Below, piece by piece: positions 9,465-19,243 of a stretch of DNA of 64,000 nucleotides. Origin of the DNA: a virus (taxonomy: Duplodnaviria; Caudoviricetes); IMG/VR virus record IMGVR_UViG_3300022555_000004; one strand, 5' to 3'. The notes beneath the pieces were generated by a model. It made no database searches. It saw only the letters and a program-made list of their open reading frames with translations, and was not told the origin of the DNA. The position numbers and the translations under genes are program-made. Each line of letters opens with the position of its first letter. Within the stretch, counting starts at the first letter, position 1.

Positions 9465-10333
9465 TATCCAAATCCTAGATCTTTTATCGTAAAACCGCTG
9501 TAATATCCATTAGAACCATTAGATGGAAGTAATATTCCATAATAATAATTACATTTGAACATCATTTCATTTTTATTACCACCTTTTAAATAGGTATGTA
9601 AATTCCTATCTTGGTATGTTTCGACCACATTTTCTAATGAAGGATCACGTGAGTCCATCCATTCTTCTTCGGATACAACAGGCACCCATAAATATGTTTT
9701 ACTTATTTGCAAATCATCTTCATCTACATATATATCTATTTTCATTCCATTATAACTATATGTAGCATAATCAGAATTAGCATATGGAATATCATATTTT
9801 TCAGCAAACTTCTCATTTGTTTCCTGATCAATCCAATCACCAATATATGAAAAGGGATCATATTCATCATATAATGTTTTATTTTCAAAATAATCTGAAT
9901 ATAGATCTTCATAATTAGGCGACCAAACATATTTATAACCATTTACTGGGAAAAATACATATATTTTTCCATATGATTTTGCTACCGTTGAAGAAGATGA
10001 AACAAAAACTCCTTCTGATCTAGGACGCCATCCAAATATATCCTCAAAAAGATCATCAATACTTCTTTGATCAGATGGATCTGTGTCTTTAGGTTTTCTA
10101 TCATTTCTAGGAATTATTTTATATACATTATCAGAAATAGTTTCCCTTCTTGATGTTTTTGTTCCTCTATATAAAAGTTTGTTAGTCAAAGCATATTCTT
10201 TTACTATATCACTACATTCATGTTTTATTTTACTAATAACCTCTCTGTCCAATGAAAATTCAACATCACCATGTTTTACATTTATTTTCATATCTGGAAA
10301 TAATTCTTGTTGCATATGTTTATTCAATCTCAT
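9464..10333 (-). CDS. ADP-ribosyltransferase-like protein, paralog 4 (start MRLNKHMQQE)
   Basis: LYRG / FVSSS / KNEM; ATGA overlap with upstream stop. Confidence 0.55.
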   Translation of the reverse strand: MRLNKHMQQELFPDMKINVKHGDVEFSLDREVISKIKHECSDIVKEYALTNKLLYRGTKTSRRETISDNVYKIIPRNDRKPKDTDPSDQRSIDDLFEDIFGWRPRSEGVFVSSSSTVAKSYGKIYVFFPVNGYKYVWSPNYEDLYSDYFENKTLYDEYDPFSYIGDWIDQETNEKFAEKYDIPYANSDYATYSYNGMKIDIYVDEDDLQISKTYLWVPVVSEEEWMDSRDPSLENVVETYQDRNLHTYLKGGNKNEMMFKCNYYYGILLPSNGSNGYYSGFTIKDLGFG

Positions 10334-11079
10334 AATAGATTTGCCCCTACTTTTACTAATACACAAGGATCTGAAATCCAAATTTCACGATTTGGTGGTA
10401 TGTTATTTCCAGCCCTTACTAATGAAAAATCACAAGCATCTGGATCCATAAGATAATCAATAAAACCATAAAATGTTTTTCCACTACCCATATATGATAC
10501 AAAAAAGGGCATAGCATACTTATATCTAAAAGCCTTGATATCCATTTCTTTTATAATTAACTCTTTATTTTTATCTATTAGTTTGAATATTTTTACCATA
10601 TTAGGAAAATCATAATCTGCTCTAGTAACACATATATAATCTGATTCAACCACTATGCCGGTAATTTCTGAAATATCTTCAAATGAATATTGTAATCTTT
10701 TAGATCCCCAAATGTCCATATATGGGCATACCCCAACCTTTCCACCATTTATTGGGTATACATTATAAACATCCCCGAATCCATCGGAATATTCAGAATC
10801 GGTTGAACATATAATAGATTTACTTCTTTTTGGATATTTTGACCATTTTGATGAATTATCCATCATCAATGTATAATAATTAGATGTACTGGCTGACCTT
10901 CTAAGATCTTTAGATTTTGATGGATCAATATAAGCAAAATCACCATATCCACCAACACCACGATATATTTGAACTTTACTAACAAAGGCATCAGCATGGT
11001 CAGTTCGTAATAATTCACGGGCTTCTTCTTTGGTAATTGGTTTGCCTCTTTGTTTTTCTACGTATTCATTTAATCTCAT
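10330..11079 (-). CDS. ADP-ribosyltransferase-like protein, paralog 5
   Basis: IYRG / ICST / REIW; WSKYPKRSKS. Confidence 0.6.
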   Translation of the reverse strand: MRLNEYVEKQRGKPITKEEARELLRTDHADAFVSKVQIYRGVGGYGDFAYIDPSKSKDLRRSASTSNYYTLMMDNSSKWSKYPKRSKSIICSTDSEYSDGFGDVYNVYPINGGKVGVCPYMDIWGSKRLQYSFEDISEITGIVVESDYICVTRADYDFPNMVKIFKLIDKNKELIIKEMDIKAFRYKYAMPFFVSYMGSGKTFYGFIDYLMDPDACDFSLVRAGNNIPPNREIWISDPCVLVKVGANLL

Positions 11080-11083
11080 TATT

Positions 11084-11245
11084 TTATAATCCAGAGTCTT
11101 TGAGTAATTGTGGAATCATTTTTTTAATCTTATTATCTAGTATAGTTCTATGATAGTTCTTCAATGAACACTTTTCATCCTTAAATATTTCACACTTGTC
11201 ACATTCTAATTTTTTAACTATACAATATATTGGTTTGTTACTCAT
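11084..11245 (-). CDS. Small Cys-rich hypothetical protein (MSNKPIYC...)
   Basis: ATG overlaps the end of the upstream Zn-ribbon ORF. Confidence 0.5.
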   Translation of the reverse strand: MSNKPIYCIVKKLECDKCEIFKDEKCSLKNYHRTILDNKIKKMIPQLLKDSGL

Positions 11246-11411
11246 TGATTTTACCAATACCAATTGTTCCAAAAGGGGTTTCAACGAATATTGTAGTATC
11301 GGGGAACACATCTATTAATTCCTGGCAAAAAGGACAAACCATATCGTATCCATATTTTTTTACATTAAATTCTTTCTCGCAATAAGGACAAATTCCTTTA
11401 TCGTTTATCAT
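11238..11411 (-). CDS. 57-aa zinc-ribbon protein (CPYC...CPFC), not in the ORF track
   Basis: Hand translation MINDKGICPYCEKEF...VCPFCQE; ATGA overlap. Confidence 0.65.
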   Translation of the reverse strand: MINDKGICPYCEKEFNVKKYGYDMVCPFCQELIDVFPDTTIFVETPFGTIGIGKINE

Positions 11412-11710
11412 TTTTTATAAACTACCAAGTATATGAAAAAAATCAATAATTGCAGTAACGCTAATACGGCAGAAATTGCATACTGTGTTTTTGTGACTCG
11501 GCTGAGATGATCTTTGGATGCAAAACTTTCTGCTTGTTTATCCATTTTGTGTTGCAAATTATTAACGGAATCAAAGTGTTGATCGGTGGTTTGTTTGAAT
11601 AATTTATGCTCGGCCAAAATCAATTCTCTAGCTAAAACTAAAGCCTTCTCTTCCAATTCCATTTTAGTTTCAATGATGACTATTCTGTCATGATCACTAT
11701 GTTCAGTCAT
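11408..11710 (-). CDS. Coiled-coil protein with C-terminal TM helix (holin-like)
   Basis: Hydrophobic C-terminus AISAVLALLQLLIFFIYLVV. Confidence 0.6.
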   Translation of the reverse strand: MTEHSDHDRIVIIETKMELEEKALVLARELILAEHKLFKQTTDQHFDSVNNLQHKMDKQAESFASKDHLSRVTKTQYAISAVLALLQLLIFFIYLVVYKK

Positions 11711-11729
11711 ATTATCCTCTCATTAAATT

Positions 11730-12173
11730 TTATTCAATTGATTTATCATCTTTTCTACCATAGTATCTTCTGTTAGTAATATCTTCTATAATGGATAAAT
11801 AACAATCTGTTCCTTTTATGGTTATAATTTTTGTTGTAACTTCCGTATGAACTAATCTTGTTTTTACCTGATATGTAATTTTTATCTTAGAAGCAATTCC
11901 ATTTTTTTTGATCTCATTAACTATTTTTTGTCTATCATCATCATTAACATACATTCCAACATCAACTAATTTTTTGCCTAAAAGTTCGTATTCAGAATAA
12001 CCAGATATTTCTTCAAAGGCATGGTTGATTTTTACAACTTCACCTGTAAGTTTAGTAATAGACATAGGTGTTGGGTTCATACAAAATGCTAGTCGAAACA
12101 TTGTTTCAGATTCTTTCAATGCAATGTCACGTTCGATTAATTTCTTTGTTAATTCAGATAATGTCAATTCCAT
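11730..12173 (-). CDS. Stand-alone PAS-domain protein
   Basis: NPTPMSIT...INHAFEEISGYSEYELLGK...IIEDIT. Confidence 0.85.
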   Translation of the reverse strand: MELTLSELTKKLIERDIALKESETMFRLAFCMNPTPMSITKLTGEVVKINHAFEEISGYSEYELLGKKLVDVGMYVNDDDRQKIVNEIKKNGIASKIKITYQVKTRLVHTEVTTKIITIKGTDCYLSIIEDITNRRYYGRKDDKSIE

Positions 12174-12184
12174 AATTCACCTCG

Positions 12185-12439
12185 TTATCGAATAAGGTAC
12201 TTTAGTCCGAGCATAATCAAACCACAAAATATGCCAACACCAATTCCAGAAATTATACCCCATTTTCTACCAGCTCGTTCTCCGGCTTCCTTAGCAATAT
12301 GTGTAAGTTCATTATCAAATACAGCAAGTCTTCTTAGAATTAGTTCTACTTTTTCACCATATTTCTCTTTCCATTTTTTATCGTCTTCTATATAAGTCAA
12401 TACGGCCTTCGCCCATTCACTCCAATCTTCTGATGCCAT
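12185..12439 (-). CDS. Small coiled-coil protein with C-terminal TM helix
   Basis: WGIISGIGVGIFCGLIMLGL. Confidence 0.6.
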   Translation of the reverse strand: MASEDWSEWAKAVLTYIEDDKKWKEKYGEKVELILRRLAVFDNELTHIAKEAGERAGRKWGIISGIGVGIFCGLIMLGLKYLIR

Positions 12440-12940
12440 TTAAGCCCCCTTACGTTGGTTATCGGTAATATTTCTTCCACTTCCAACCGTTCCTATCAAT
12501 GTATTATTTAGAAAAATAGGTGATTTATTGACTTCCAAACATAAATATTTTCCTTTAACATTTCCATCCTCAATAAATGTACCAGACTTTTTGGTTTTCA
12601 ATATTATTGCATCAGAATCAACACATACTTCACCAAAGGTATGCCATAGCGGATCATTAGGATGTAATTCTCTAGCACGGTTTACAAAAAACATATCATT
12701 TTTTCCAATCGGCTCATCAAAATCTGATGTACATAACAAATTTTCACACATGGATTTGTTTACATGTGTAAACACACCATTTACATCCTTTGCCCATATC
12801 AAATCTGGATTTGAATTACATATTAATTTTAATGTTTCATATAGAATTTGAAAATGATGTTCATTTTCTTGTATTTGAAGTTCATTGTTTAATAATCGTT
12901 CCGTTAATTCTCTAAGAGACAAATTATTTATCACACTCAT
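12440..12940 (-). CDS. Stand-alone PAS-domain (PAS_4-like) protein
   Basis: NPDLIWAKDVNGVFTHVNK...VNKSPI...IGTVGSGRNIT. Confidence 0.85.
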   Translation of the reverse strand: MSVINNLSLRELTERLLNNELQIQENEHHFQILYETLKLICNSNPDLIWAKDVNGVFTHVNKSMCENLLCTSDFDEPIGKNDMFFVNRARELHPNDPLWHTFGEVCVDSDAIILKTKKSGTFIEDGNVKGKYLCLEVNKSPIFLNNTLIGTVGSGRNITDNQRKGA

Positions 12941-13000
12941 TACTCCCCCCGTATTTGTAATCTTTTATTTTGATATTCAAAAATAAATAGTCGTTTAATC

Positions 13001-14329
13001 TCATGGTTTTATATTCAACATTCTCATAAATTCTTCCTCTTTTTTACTAAGTTTTGGTAAGAATTGTAGTCGCCTTTCTAATTTTTTTAAATATTGAGCA
13101 TTTACCTTATTTGAATATAATGATTCTTTTTTATCGGATCTATAAGATCTTTTTGGTTCATATAGTATCGGATCAGTTTTACTTTTTACCTTATCAATCT
13201 CTTGCATAATAAGATATACTTCTAGTTTTGATAGGATACGACTGCATTTGGCTATGTATTCTTTTTTCTTATAATTCGGGTCACGTGATATCTTTAAGGC
13301 GTATACATATTGTGCAATAACTACTTTGATTTTATCCCATTTCAAATGATATCCACTACCGCCAATATATCTAAATTCGATATAAGGGCTTTCTTCATCC
13401 ATATGTTCTATGTTTATGCCATGATAATGTTGTGAACTATATTTTATATCTAAATCTTTTGTTCTAATCATATTACGCAATTGATGAACTCTTGTCACAC
13501 CTTCACTACCAAACTGTTTTGTACTATCAGAATACATTTCTTGTCTAATTTTTTCTTTCATACTAATAACATACATATTCGCTTCTCTACCATCAAAGAA
13601 CTTCCATAAATAATCTTCATCAACAAATAAACATAATTTCACCGTATCAATTTTATCCATTCCATTTTTCAATGAAATGTTTATATGTAACCCACAGTCA
13701 TTGTCCGTATCACCAATTTTCTTGATCATATCAAAAACATTAGGGCAAATTTTTAAAAATTTAGGTAATGACATAGGCGGACTAACAAGTTCAATGCCAT
13801 ATCCGCCCCCTAACGAACAATCTTCATTTATATCCCATCCTCTTGATGATTCCAATATTTGTGGATTAGCGTCCAAATAATCCTGAAGCGAATTTCTCAT
13901 ATGGTCAAAATCATTTTCAAACTCATTCCTATTCCATGAACTAATATAATCATTTGGTTGATCTGGTTCTTCTGGTGCAGGATGTTCGTCTTCCCATTTT
14001 TCGGTTGCTTCTTCTACAATGCCATCTTCTTCATCTGTAAGGTCTGAATGATCTCTGTCAGGAAATGTTTCTTCTAAAAAATCCGATACGAATCTTGACC
14101 GTTCATTTCGCCATGAACGGTCAAAGTCGTAAAGAGCGTCATCATAATTTATAGAATTTTCTATTGCATTTTCATAATCTTCTTTTTCAGCTGATCTGTA
14201 ATTATCTAAAAAAGATTCATTCATTTTAAATTCAAATTCGGCCCCAACGAGGATATCATCAGACCCAAGTATGGCATCTATTTCCTTCTTATTAACTTTT
14301 TCATTCAAATCATTATAAAATCTGGACAT
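13001..14329 (-). CDS. Putative amidoligase (COOH-NH2 ligase type 2) family protein
   Basis: VGAEFEF, DCSL...GIELVSP, CGLHINIS, IEFR. Confidence 0.75.
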   Translation of the reverse strand: MSRFYNDLNEKVNKKEIDAILGSDDILVGAEFEFKMNESFLDNYRSAEKEDYENAIENSINYDDALYDFDRSWRNERSRFVSDFLEETFPDRDHSDLTDEEDGIVEEATEKWEDEHPAPEEPDQPNDYISSWNRNEFENDFDHMRNSLQDYLDANPQILESSRGWDINEDCSLGGGYGIELVSPPMSLPKFLKICPNVFDMIKKIGDTDNDCGLHINISLKNGMDKIDTVKLCLFVDEDYLWKFFDGREANMYVISMKEKIRQEMYSDSTKQFGSEGVTRVHQLRNMIRTKDLDIKYSSQHYHGINIEHMDEESPYIEFRYIGGSGYHLKWDKIKVVIAQYVYALKISRDPNYKKKEYIAKCSRILSKLEVYLIMQEIDKVKSKTDPILYEPKRSYRSDKKESLYSNKVNAQYLKKLERRLQFLPKLSKKEEEFMRMLNIKP

Positions 14330-14331
14330 CG

Positions 14332-14742
14332 TTACCTCACGAAAATTTCAAATATAATTCTGCTCGTATCTTCTTGAACGCCTGATGTAAATGGCCAGCC
14401 CATCTGGTCGCACAATTCTACAATAAAATCAGATATTTCTTCCAATTCTTCAAATAATACAACAAGAACCATGTTTCCACTTTTTCTTGAAAAAACTATG
14501 GTTCTATCGACATCTTCATATGTGTCACTATATGTTGCCAACGTATATTGGGCATTACATGGATGTTCAATATAATGATATATCATTTCTTTGTCATTAC
14601 TCTTGACCGCAACGGCTTCATTGAGAAGATTTTGTATTGGTTTGGCTTTCTTTTCTTCTTTTATAATAACCTTTGCCGGTATTTTATTCAAGAATTTTTT
14701 CATTTTATCTGACATACTAATACTCCTTATTTGCCATACCAT
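14332..14742 (-). CDS. Hypothetical protein
   Basis: ORF in operon. Confidence 0.55.
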   Translation of the reverse strand: MVWQIRSISMSDKMKKFLNKIPAKVIIKEEKKAKPIQNLLNEAVAVKSNDKEMIYHYIEHPCNAQYTLATYSDTYEDVDRTIVFSRKSGNMVLVVLFEELEEISDFIVELCDQMGWPFTSGVQEDTSRIIFEIFVR

Positions 14743-15443
14743 GTGCTGGCTATTCTTTTTATATCTTCAATATCCATTATATTCGGTGATAAATATTTCC
14801 ACCCATTCACTAACATTTTATCATATCGTTCAACACCAATAGGATTTTCAATCGGAGCATCATAAAAATATGAAATTCGTTTGAATGCTTTTTTGATAAC
14901 ATCATCAGTCAGTTCATTGTCATCATTATTTATCTCCATATTAAAATTAAAATACCCTTTTACATCATTTTTTAATTTTTGTAGTTTTTTATGATAATCA
15001 ACTATAACGGATTGGTCAACTTTACGTTGTCTATTATTAGCACGTTGTAATGCTGTATCTAATGATGTATTGACAAATATCATGGCATAATCATATCCTA
15101 TTTCATCTAATACATTCAATCTTGCCCTCAATCTATTTGGATTTGCTGCCGTTGTATCAATAAATAATGGTAGAATACCATTAAAATATTGAACCAATTG
15201 ATTTTTAGATATTATTTTAGAACGGTCATATACTGCCGGTATGTTTTCTATGTCAAGAAATTCAGTAAACTTATCAACATTTACAATTCTAGGTTCAACG
15301 GTTCCTGATTTGATTTTTGTTAATATATAACTTTTTCCTGAACCGGCTGTTCCGGCCATGAATATAGCTTTGAATCGCCCGGCATCATTCACACTTTCGG
15401 TTAATAATGATGTTGTTTCATTCATATACGATAAAAAGCCCAT
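14727..15443 (-). CDS. P-loop kinase (zeta-toxin/AAA_33-like)
   Basis: AIFMAGTAGSGKS, IDTTA, FVNTSLDTALQRANNRQR. Confidence 0.75.
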   Translation of the reverse strand: MGFLSYMNETTSLLTESVNDAGRFKAIFMAGTAGSGKSYILTKIKSGTVEPRIVNVDKFTEFLDIENIPAVYDRSKIISKNQLVQYFNGILPLFIDTTAANPNRLRARLNVLDEIGYDYAMIFVNTSLDTALQRANNRQRKVDQSVIVDYHKKLQKLKNDVKGYFNFNMEINNDDNELTDDVIKKAFKRISYFYDAPIENPIGVERYDKMLVNGWKYLSPNIMDIEDIKRIASTWYGK

Positions 15444-15670
15444 TAATATTCTCCTTTAGTTATCTTTTTAACAGCATAATAAGATACATTTAAAGCATCC
15501 ATTATTTATTGAAATGTATTACCAGCATCACGCAATAATAAAATATTATCTATATATTTTTTATATTTTCTTTTACCAAACTTTCCATTTTTTTCACCTG
15601 TTGTTCCGATATGAGATTGGCTATTTTTTAATATTCTTTCTGTCAAATATTTTTCTTCAATATTAATCAT
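15443..15670 (-). pseudogene. NUMOD3-like plus HTH remnant with an in-frame TAA
   Basis: Hand translation ...GEKNGKFGKRKY...GNTFQ*IMDALNVSYYAVKKI. Confidence 0.4.
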
Positions 15671-16221
15671 TACTTGCCTCCAACCTTCATCTTACTTATA
15701 AATTTCTTATCCAATTTTTCTAAAAACATATCAAATTCAAAGAAAACTATACTAGGCAATTCATCATCGTATGATAAGATGACATGTTGTTTGATATTTG
15801 TTTTCATCAATTTCGATAATGATGTGTCATCTTCAATGCCTACTAATATTGGCATTCCCTTTTTTCTGAATATCAACATCCCTTGTTTATCAGCAGTTCT
15901 AGCATCCTTGATACATTGTGCCCAGAAATCTTGTATTGTATCATTCTTATTATTCTTGAATAATTTCATGAAATCAGCATCAGGATACCCATCTTTACAT
16001 TCAATAGAGAATTTTGATGTCAAAACTCTAGCTTCTGGTTTTATGGCTATTATATCGCCTGTTATTTCACCGTTTTGTTCGTTCATTGTGGCCACAGCAC
16101 CTGAACTTGGGCTTCTGTAGAAATAATATTCTTTATCCTGTCCTGTAAGCCACAAACTAAGTTTATGTGATATCAATCGTTCAAAAGCACTGCCTTTCGA
16201 TTTTCCCTTGCCTGGTTTCAT
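15670..16221 (-). CDS. Holliday junction resolvase (Hjc-type PD-(D/E)XK)
   Basis: KSKGSAFER, GDI, IECK, W.Q motifs. Confidence 0.8.
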   Translation of the reverse strand: MKPGKGKSKGSAFERLISHKLSLWLTGQDKEYYFYRSPSSGAVATMNEQNGEITGDIIAIKPEARVLTSKFSIECKDGYPDADFMKLFKNNKNDTIQDFWAQCIKDARTADKQGMLIFRKKGMPILVGIEDDTSLSKLMKTNIKQHVILSYDDELPSIVFFEFDMFLEKLDKKFISKMKVGGK

Positions 16222-16223
16222 TA

Positions 16224-16433
16224 TTAAACAACCTCCCTCAATATAAATCCATTATATCCTCTATATCTCAACATTTTAAATTCATCAGATATTTCCTTGA
16301 TTGCTTGTTTTATCTCTTTGAATATTGTAGGTATAAGATTAGTCAATGATTCAGATACATTATAGTTATCTAAAAAATGAATATAATCTTCATAGGTTAT
16401 ACTTTCTTCTTGAACATAAGTATTCAATCTCAT
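16224..16433 (-). CDS. Hypothetical protein with MRLxxY..E N-terminus
   Basis: MRLNTYVQEE. Confidence 0.5.
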   Translation of the reverse strand: MRLNTYVQEESITYEDYIHFLDNYNVSESLTNLIPTIFKEIKQAIKEISDEFKMLRYRGYNGFILREVV

Positions 16434-16443
16434 TGACGTTTTC

Positions 16444-16713
16444 CTATTTTGTATCAGTTGGAGTAGTTGTTTTTGCCGATGTTAATGCCGTTTCTATTAC
16501 TGATTTACCAGCCCATAGACCAAAAGATATACCAAAAAAACTGATTATAAATCCTTGTAGTTCTTTCAGATTTTGAATCATTTCTTTTGAACTGAAACAT
16601 ATAGCAATTGTAAGCATACAAAATATCATAACTGTTATGACTAAATTGACAAATGATCCTTTGATTGATTTTTTTTCATCATCCCAAAATATATTACTAT
16701 TCATGTTTATCAC
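16444..16713 (-). CDS. Two-TM membrane protein (holin-like)
   Basis: Two hydrophobic helices; lysis neighbourhood. Confidence 0.55.
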   Translation of the reverse strand: MINMNSNIFWDDEKKSIKGSFVNLVITVMIFCMLTIAICFSSKEMIQNLKELQGFIISFFGISFGLWAGKSVIETALTSAKTTTPTDTK

Positions 16714-17030
16714 CTCTTGATATTATCTATTTTATTTTTGACATCAATTCGTTCTTGTTCTATTTTTTGAAAATCCTCTTTTAATTCAACATCTTTAGGG
16801 TTCTTTTTTGTAAGTGCCTTATATTGATAATATTGGTCTGTTAGATTTATATATCTCTGTTCCAATCTATCTTTTACCATATCACTTTGAAATGATTTTA
16901 ATGTTTGAACAAGTTGTATTTCAGATTTCTTCAAGTCATCTGATGTGGCATATCGGCTATCAATAGCTAATACGCCTGTTATCAAGGATATACCTAATAC
17001 AATACTTCCTATAATTGTTTTTATTTCCAT
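16710..17030 (-). CDS. N-terminal TM coiled-coil protein
   Basis: Hydrophobic N-terminus, helical tail. Confidence 0.55.
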   Translation of the reverse strand: MEIKTIIGSIVLGISLITGVLAIDSRYATSDDLKKSEIQLVQTLKSFQSDMVKDRLEQRYINLTDQYYQYKALTKKNPKDVELKEDFQKIEQERIDVKNKIDNIKR

Positions 17031-17055
17031 TATACACCTCTCACATTCAAAAGTA

Positions 17056-17505
17056 TTACAACAATAATACTAATACTGCGCCTGCAAGTATACCTATACC
17101 AATACCACCAACAGCAATAAACACTTTATCCCATATATTGCCTTTGTCTTTTTCATATACTTTGATCTTATCTTCATATACTTTCTTTTGATTTTCAAGT
17201 TCCTTTGCTGATAAGTCTAATTGGTCTTGTTTTAACTTTACTTGTTCTTTTAGAATAATATTTTGTTCCATCAATAAAGTGTTTTGATCCACTAATTGAC
17301 TATTCGCCTTTTCAATCAAAACCACCTGACGTTCATATAAACTAGACCTTTCCAATTCAACAACCATTTTTTTAGCATCAGCAATTGGAATAACAATATC
17401 TTCTGCAAACGATATGAGTGGTGTACATAATATGAATATACTACTTAACAGTATACCCAAGGGTTTTAAGCCTTGCTTTAATTTCTTTAACATCTTTAGG
17501 TTCAT
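17056..17505 (-). CDS. Membrane/secreted coiled-coil protein (spanin-like)
   Basis: Signal-like N-terminus, coiled coil, C-terminal TM. Confidence 0.5.
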   Translation of the reverse strand: MNLKMLKKLKQGLKPLGILLSSIFILCTPLISFAEDIVIPIADAKKMVVELERSSLYERQVVLIEKANSQLVDQNTLLMEQNIILKEQVKLKQDQLDLSAKELENQKKVYEDKIKVYEKDKGNIWDKVFIAVGGIGIGILAGAVLVLLL

Positions 17506-17812
17506 TTATATCAGTGACCTCCTTTTTTAATATATCCAATTCTTTCTTTGTTGCTACATATGCTAGTTGTGATGTTCGTAATTGAATAGTCAATGCGCTC
17601 AATTGTTTTTCTTTTTCTTGTAATTCTTTATTTTTTATTTCCATATTATTTACATACTCAATACGGTATTTTTCAATATAACTATCTAATACACTTTGGA
17701 AATATTTTGATGATGGCCCTTTCAGACCATAAAATAATAACACAAGGCATATGATAACAATACCTATTGCAATCACATATTTTCCAACAACATCCCATAC
17801 TTCCTTAAACAT
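17441..17812 (-). CDS. N-terminal TM coiled-coil protein (i-spanin-like)
   Basis: TM followed by long coiled coil. Confidence 0.5.
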   Translation of the reverse strand: MFKEVWDVVGKYVIAIGIVIICLVLLFYGLKGPSSKYFQSVLDSYIEKYRIEYVNNMEIKNKELQEKEKQLSALTIQLRTSQLAYVATKKELDILKKEVTDINEPKDVKEIKARLKTLGYTVK

Positions 17813-17823
17813 TTTGATACCTC

Positions 17824-18474
17824 CTAAATTGTACCTTCATAATATCCAACTACATCAGATGGATTCCAAATATTTTCATTACTTTTTATTTGATTTACAT
17901 ATCTCAATTTACCACAAAGGCAAGCATCGAATCCAGTGGTTGCTTCTTTGTTTATTTGTCCGCCCCAACCACCGCCAAATTGAAAATATCTATATTTACC
18001 AATTCGTATATTCATTGAAAAATATGGTATTGGTATATAGTGCCAAAATGAAGCAGCAAATTGAATAAAGAACATACTATTACAATATTTTGTATACCAT
18101 TTATTCCAAATACGAAGATCAGCAATTACATATTTTTTTCCTTTCCACATAAGTTTTCTATCACCCATAGGGACAGACCAACAATTATTTATAGGTTCCT
18201 TTTCATCATAAGGAAGATATCCCATTCTCAAATTCAATAATGAATATGGTTTTACATTTTTGAATACAAACGGCGGAACTGTATCTCGTAATACCTCTGC
18301 CGGATTACGGACAAAATCTTCAAGATTACTTGATTTACCATAAATGTAGGTGTCAAACCATTTCCATTTTCTACAAAAAGTAATCAACGATTGAAACCAT
18401 TTCATTTCCCAAATATGCATTTTAATCCCCTCCATCAACTTCATCTTCATCATAGTCATTTTCAACAAAATCAC
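17824..18474 (-). CDS. Hypothetical aromatic-rich protein
   Basis: ORF; true start probably MHIWE. Confidence 0.55.
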   Translation of the reverse strand: MILLKMTMMKMKLMEGIKMHIWEMKWFQSLITFCRKWKWFDTYIYGKSSNLEDFVRNPAEVLRDTVPPFVFKNVKPYSLLNLRMGYLPYDEKEPINNCWSVPMGDRKLMWKGKKYVIADLRIWNKWYTKYCNSMFFIQFAASFWHYIPIPYFSMNIRIGKYRYFQFGGGWGGQINKEATTGFDACLCGKLRYVNQIKSNENIWNPSDVVGYYEGTI

Positions 18475-19243
18475 TGGTTGTAATTCTATACTTTTCTAAT
18501 AAACACGGGCTTTCTGTCCATACCTCTTTATTTCCAGGCAATTTATCGCCAATCTTTTTTATCATAAATCTATTTGCTGGTAATACATTTCTAAATGCTT
18601 CAAGAACAGGCACACCTTTCTTAATTTTTATCAATATGTCATCAACTTGTTTAGGACACCAAATATGTTCATCACGAAATTTAATAATATCTATATGTTC
18701 TTTATCTGCTTTATTAATCTTATCAAACATTTCTTTTAATACATTTGGTTTAGTTTCATTTGATTCTATCGAAATATCAAAAACATTGAGTATCATTCTA
18801 ATCATTTGATTCATTTCTGGCATACTATAATCAAACGACCCCCAAAAATGATTTGCTGGTGTTACACCAAGTATGGCGCCATCATACGGATATACTTGAT
18901 ATAGTGATCCCCAATCAGACCCACCACTTTTGCTTGTCGAACATATAACAGATTTGGAGAATTTAGGATATTTCTTCCATTGAGATAAAAGTTCCATCAA
19001 TAACATATACCAATTTTGTGTATATTCAGATACTCTTGTATGTTGAGATGGATCAATGAATAAATATGGAACATTTTCCATTTTACTAATACCACGATAT
19101 AATGGTGAATGCATAGAATGTTTACAATGTTTTTCTTTCAATTCTAAAAACATATCTTCTGTTATAGGAACTGAACGATGTTTTTTTCCTTCTAATCTAT
19201 CATTATTACCATATTCAAGTAAGAAATTATTTAATCTGCTCAT
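18422..19243 (-). CDS. ADP-ribosyltransferase-like protein, paralog 6
   Basis: LYRG / WKKYPK / ICSTS / KEVW; MSRLNNFLLE. Confidence 0.6.
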   Translation of the reverse strand: MSRLNNFLLEYGNNDRLEGKKHRSVPITEDMFLELKEKHCKHSMHSPLYRGISKMENVPYLFIDPSQHTRVSEYTQNWYMLLMELLSQWKKYPKFSKSVICSTSKSGGSDWGSLYQVYPYDGAILGVTPANHFWGSFDYSMPEMNQMIRMILNVFDISIESNETKPNVLKEMFDKINKADKEHIDIIKFRDEHIWCPKQVDDILIKIKKGVPVLEAFRNVLPANRFMIKKIGDKLPGNKEVWTESPCLLEKYRITTSDFVENDYDEDEVDGGD

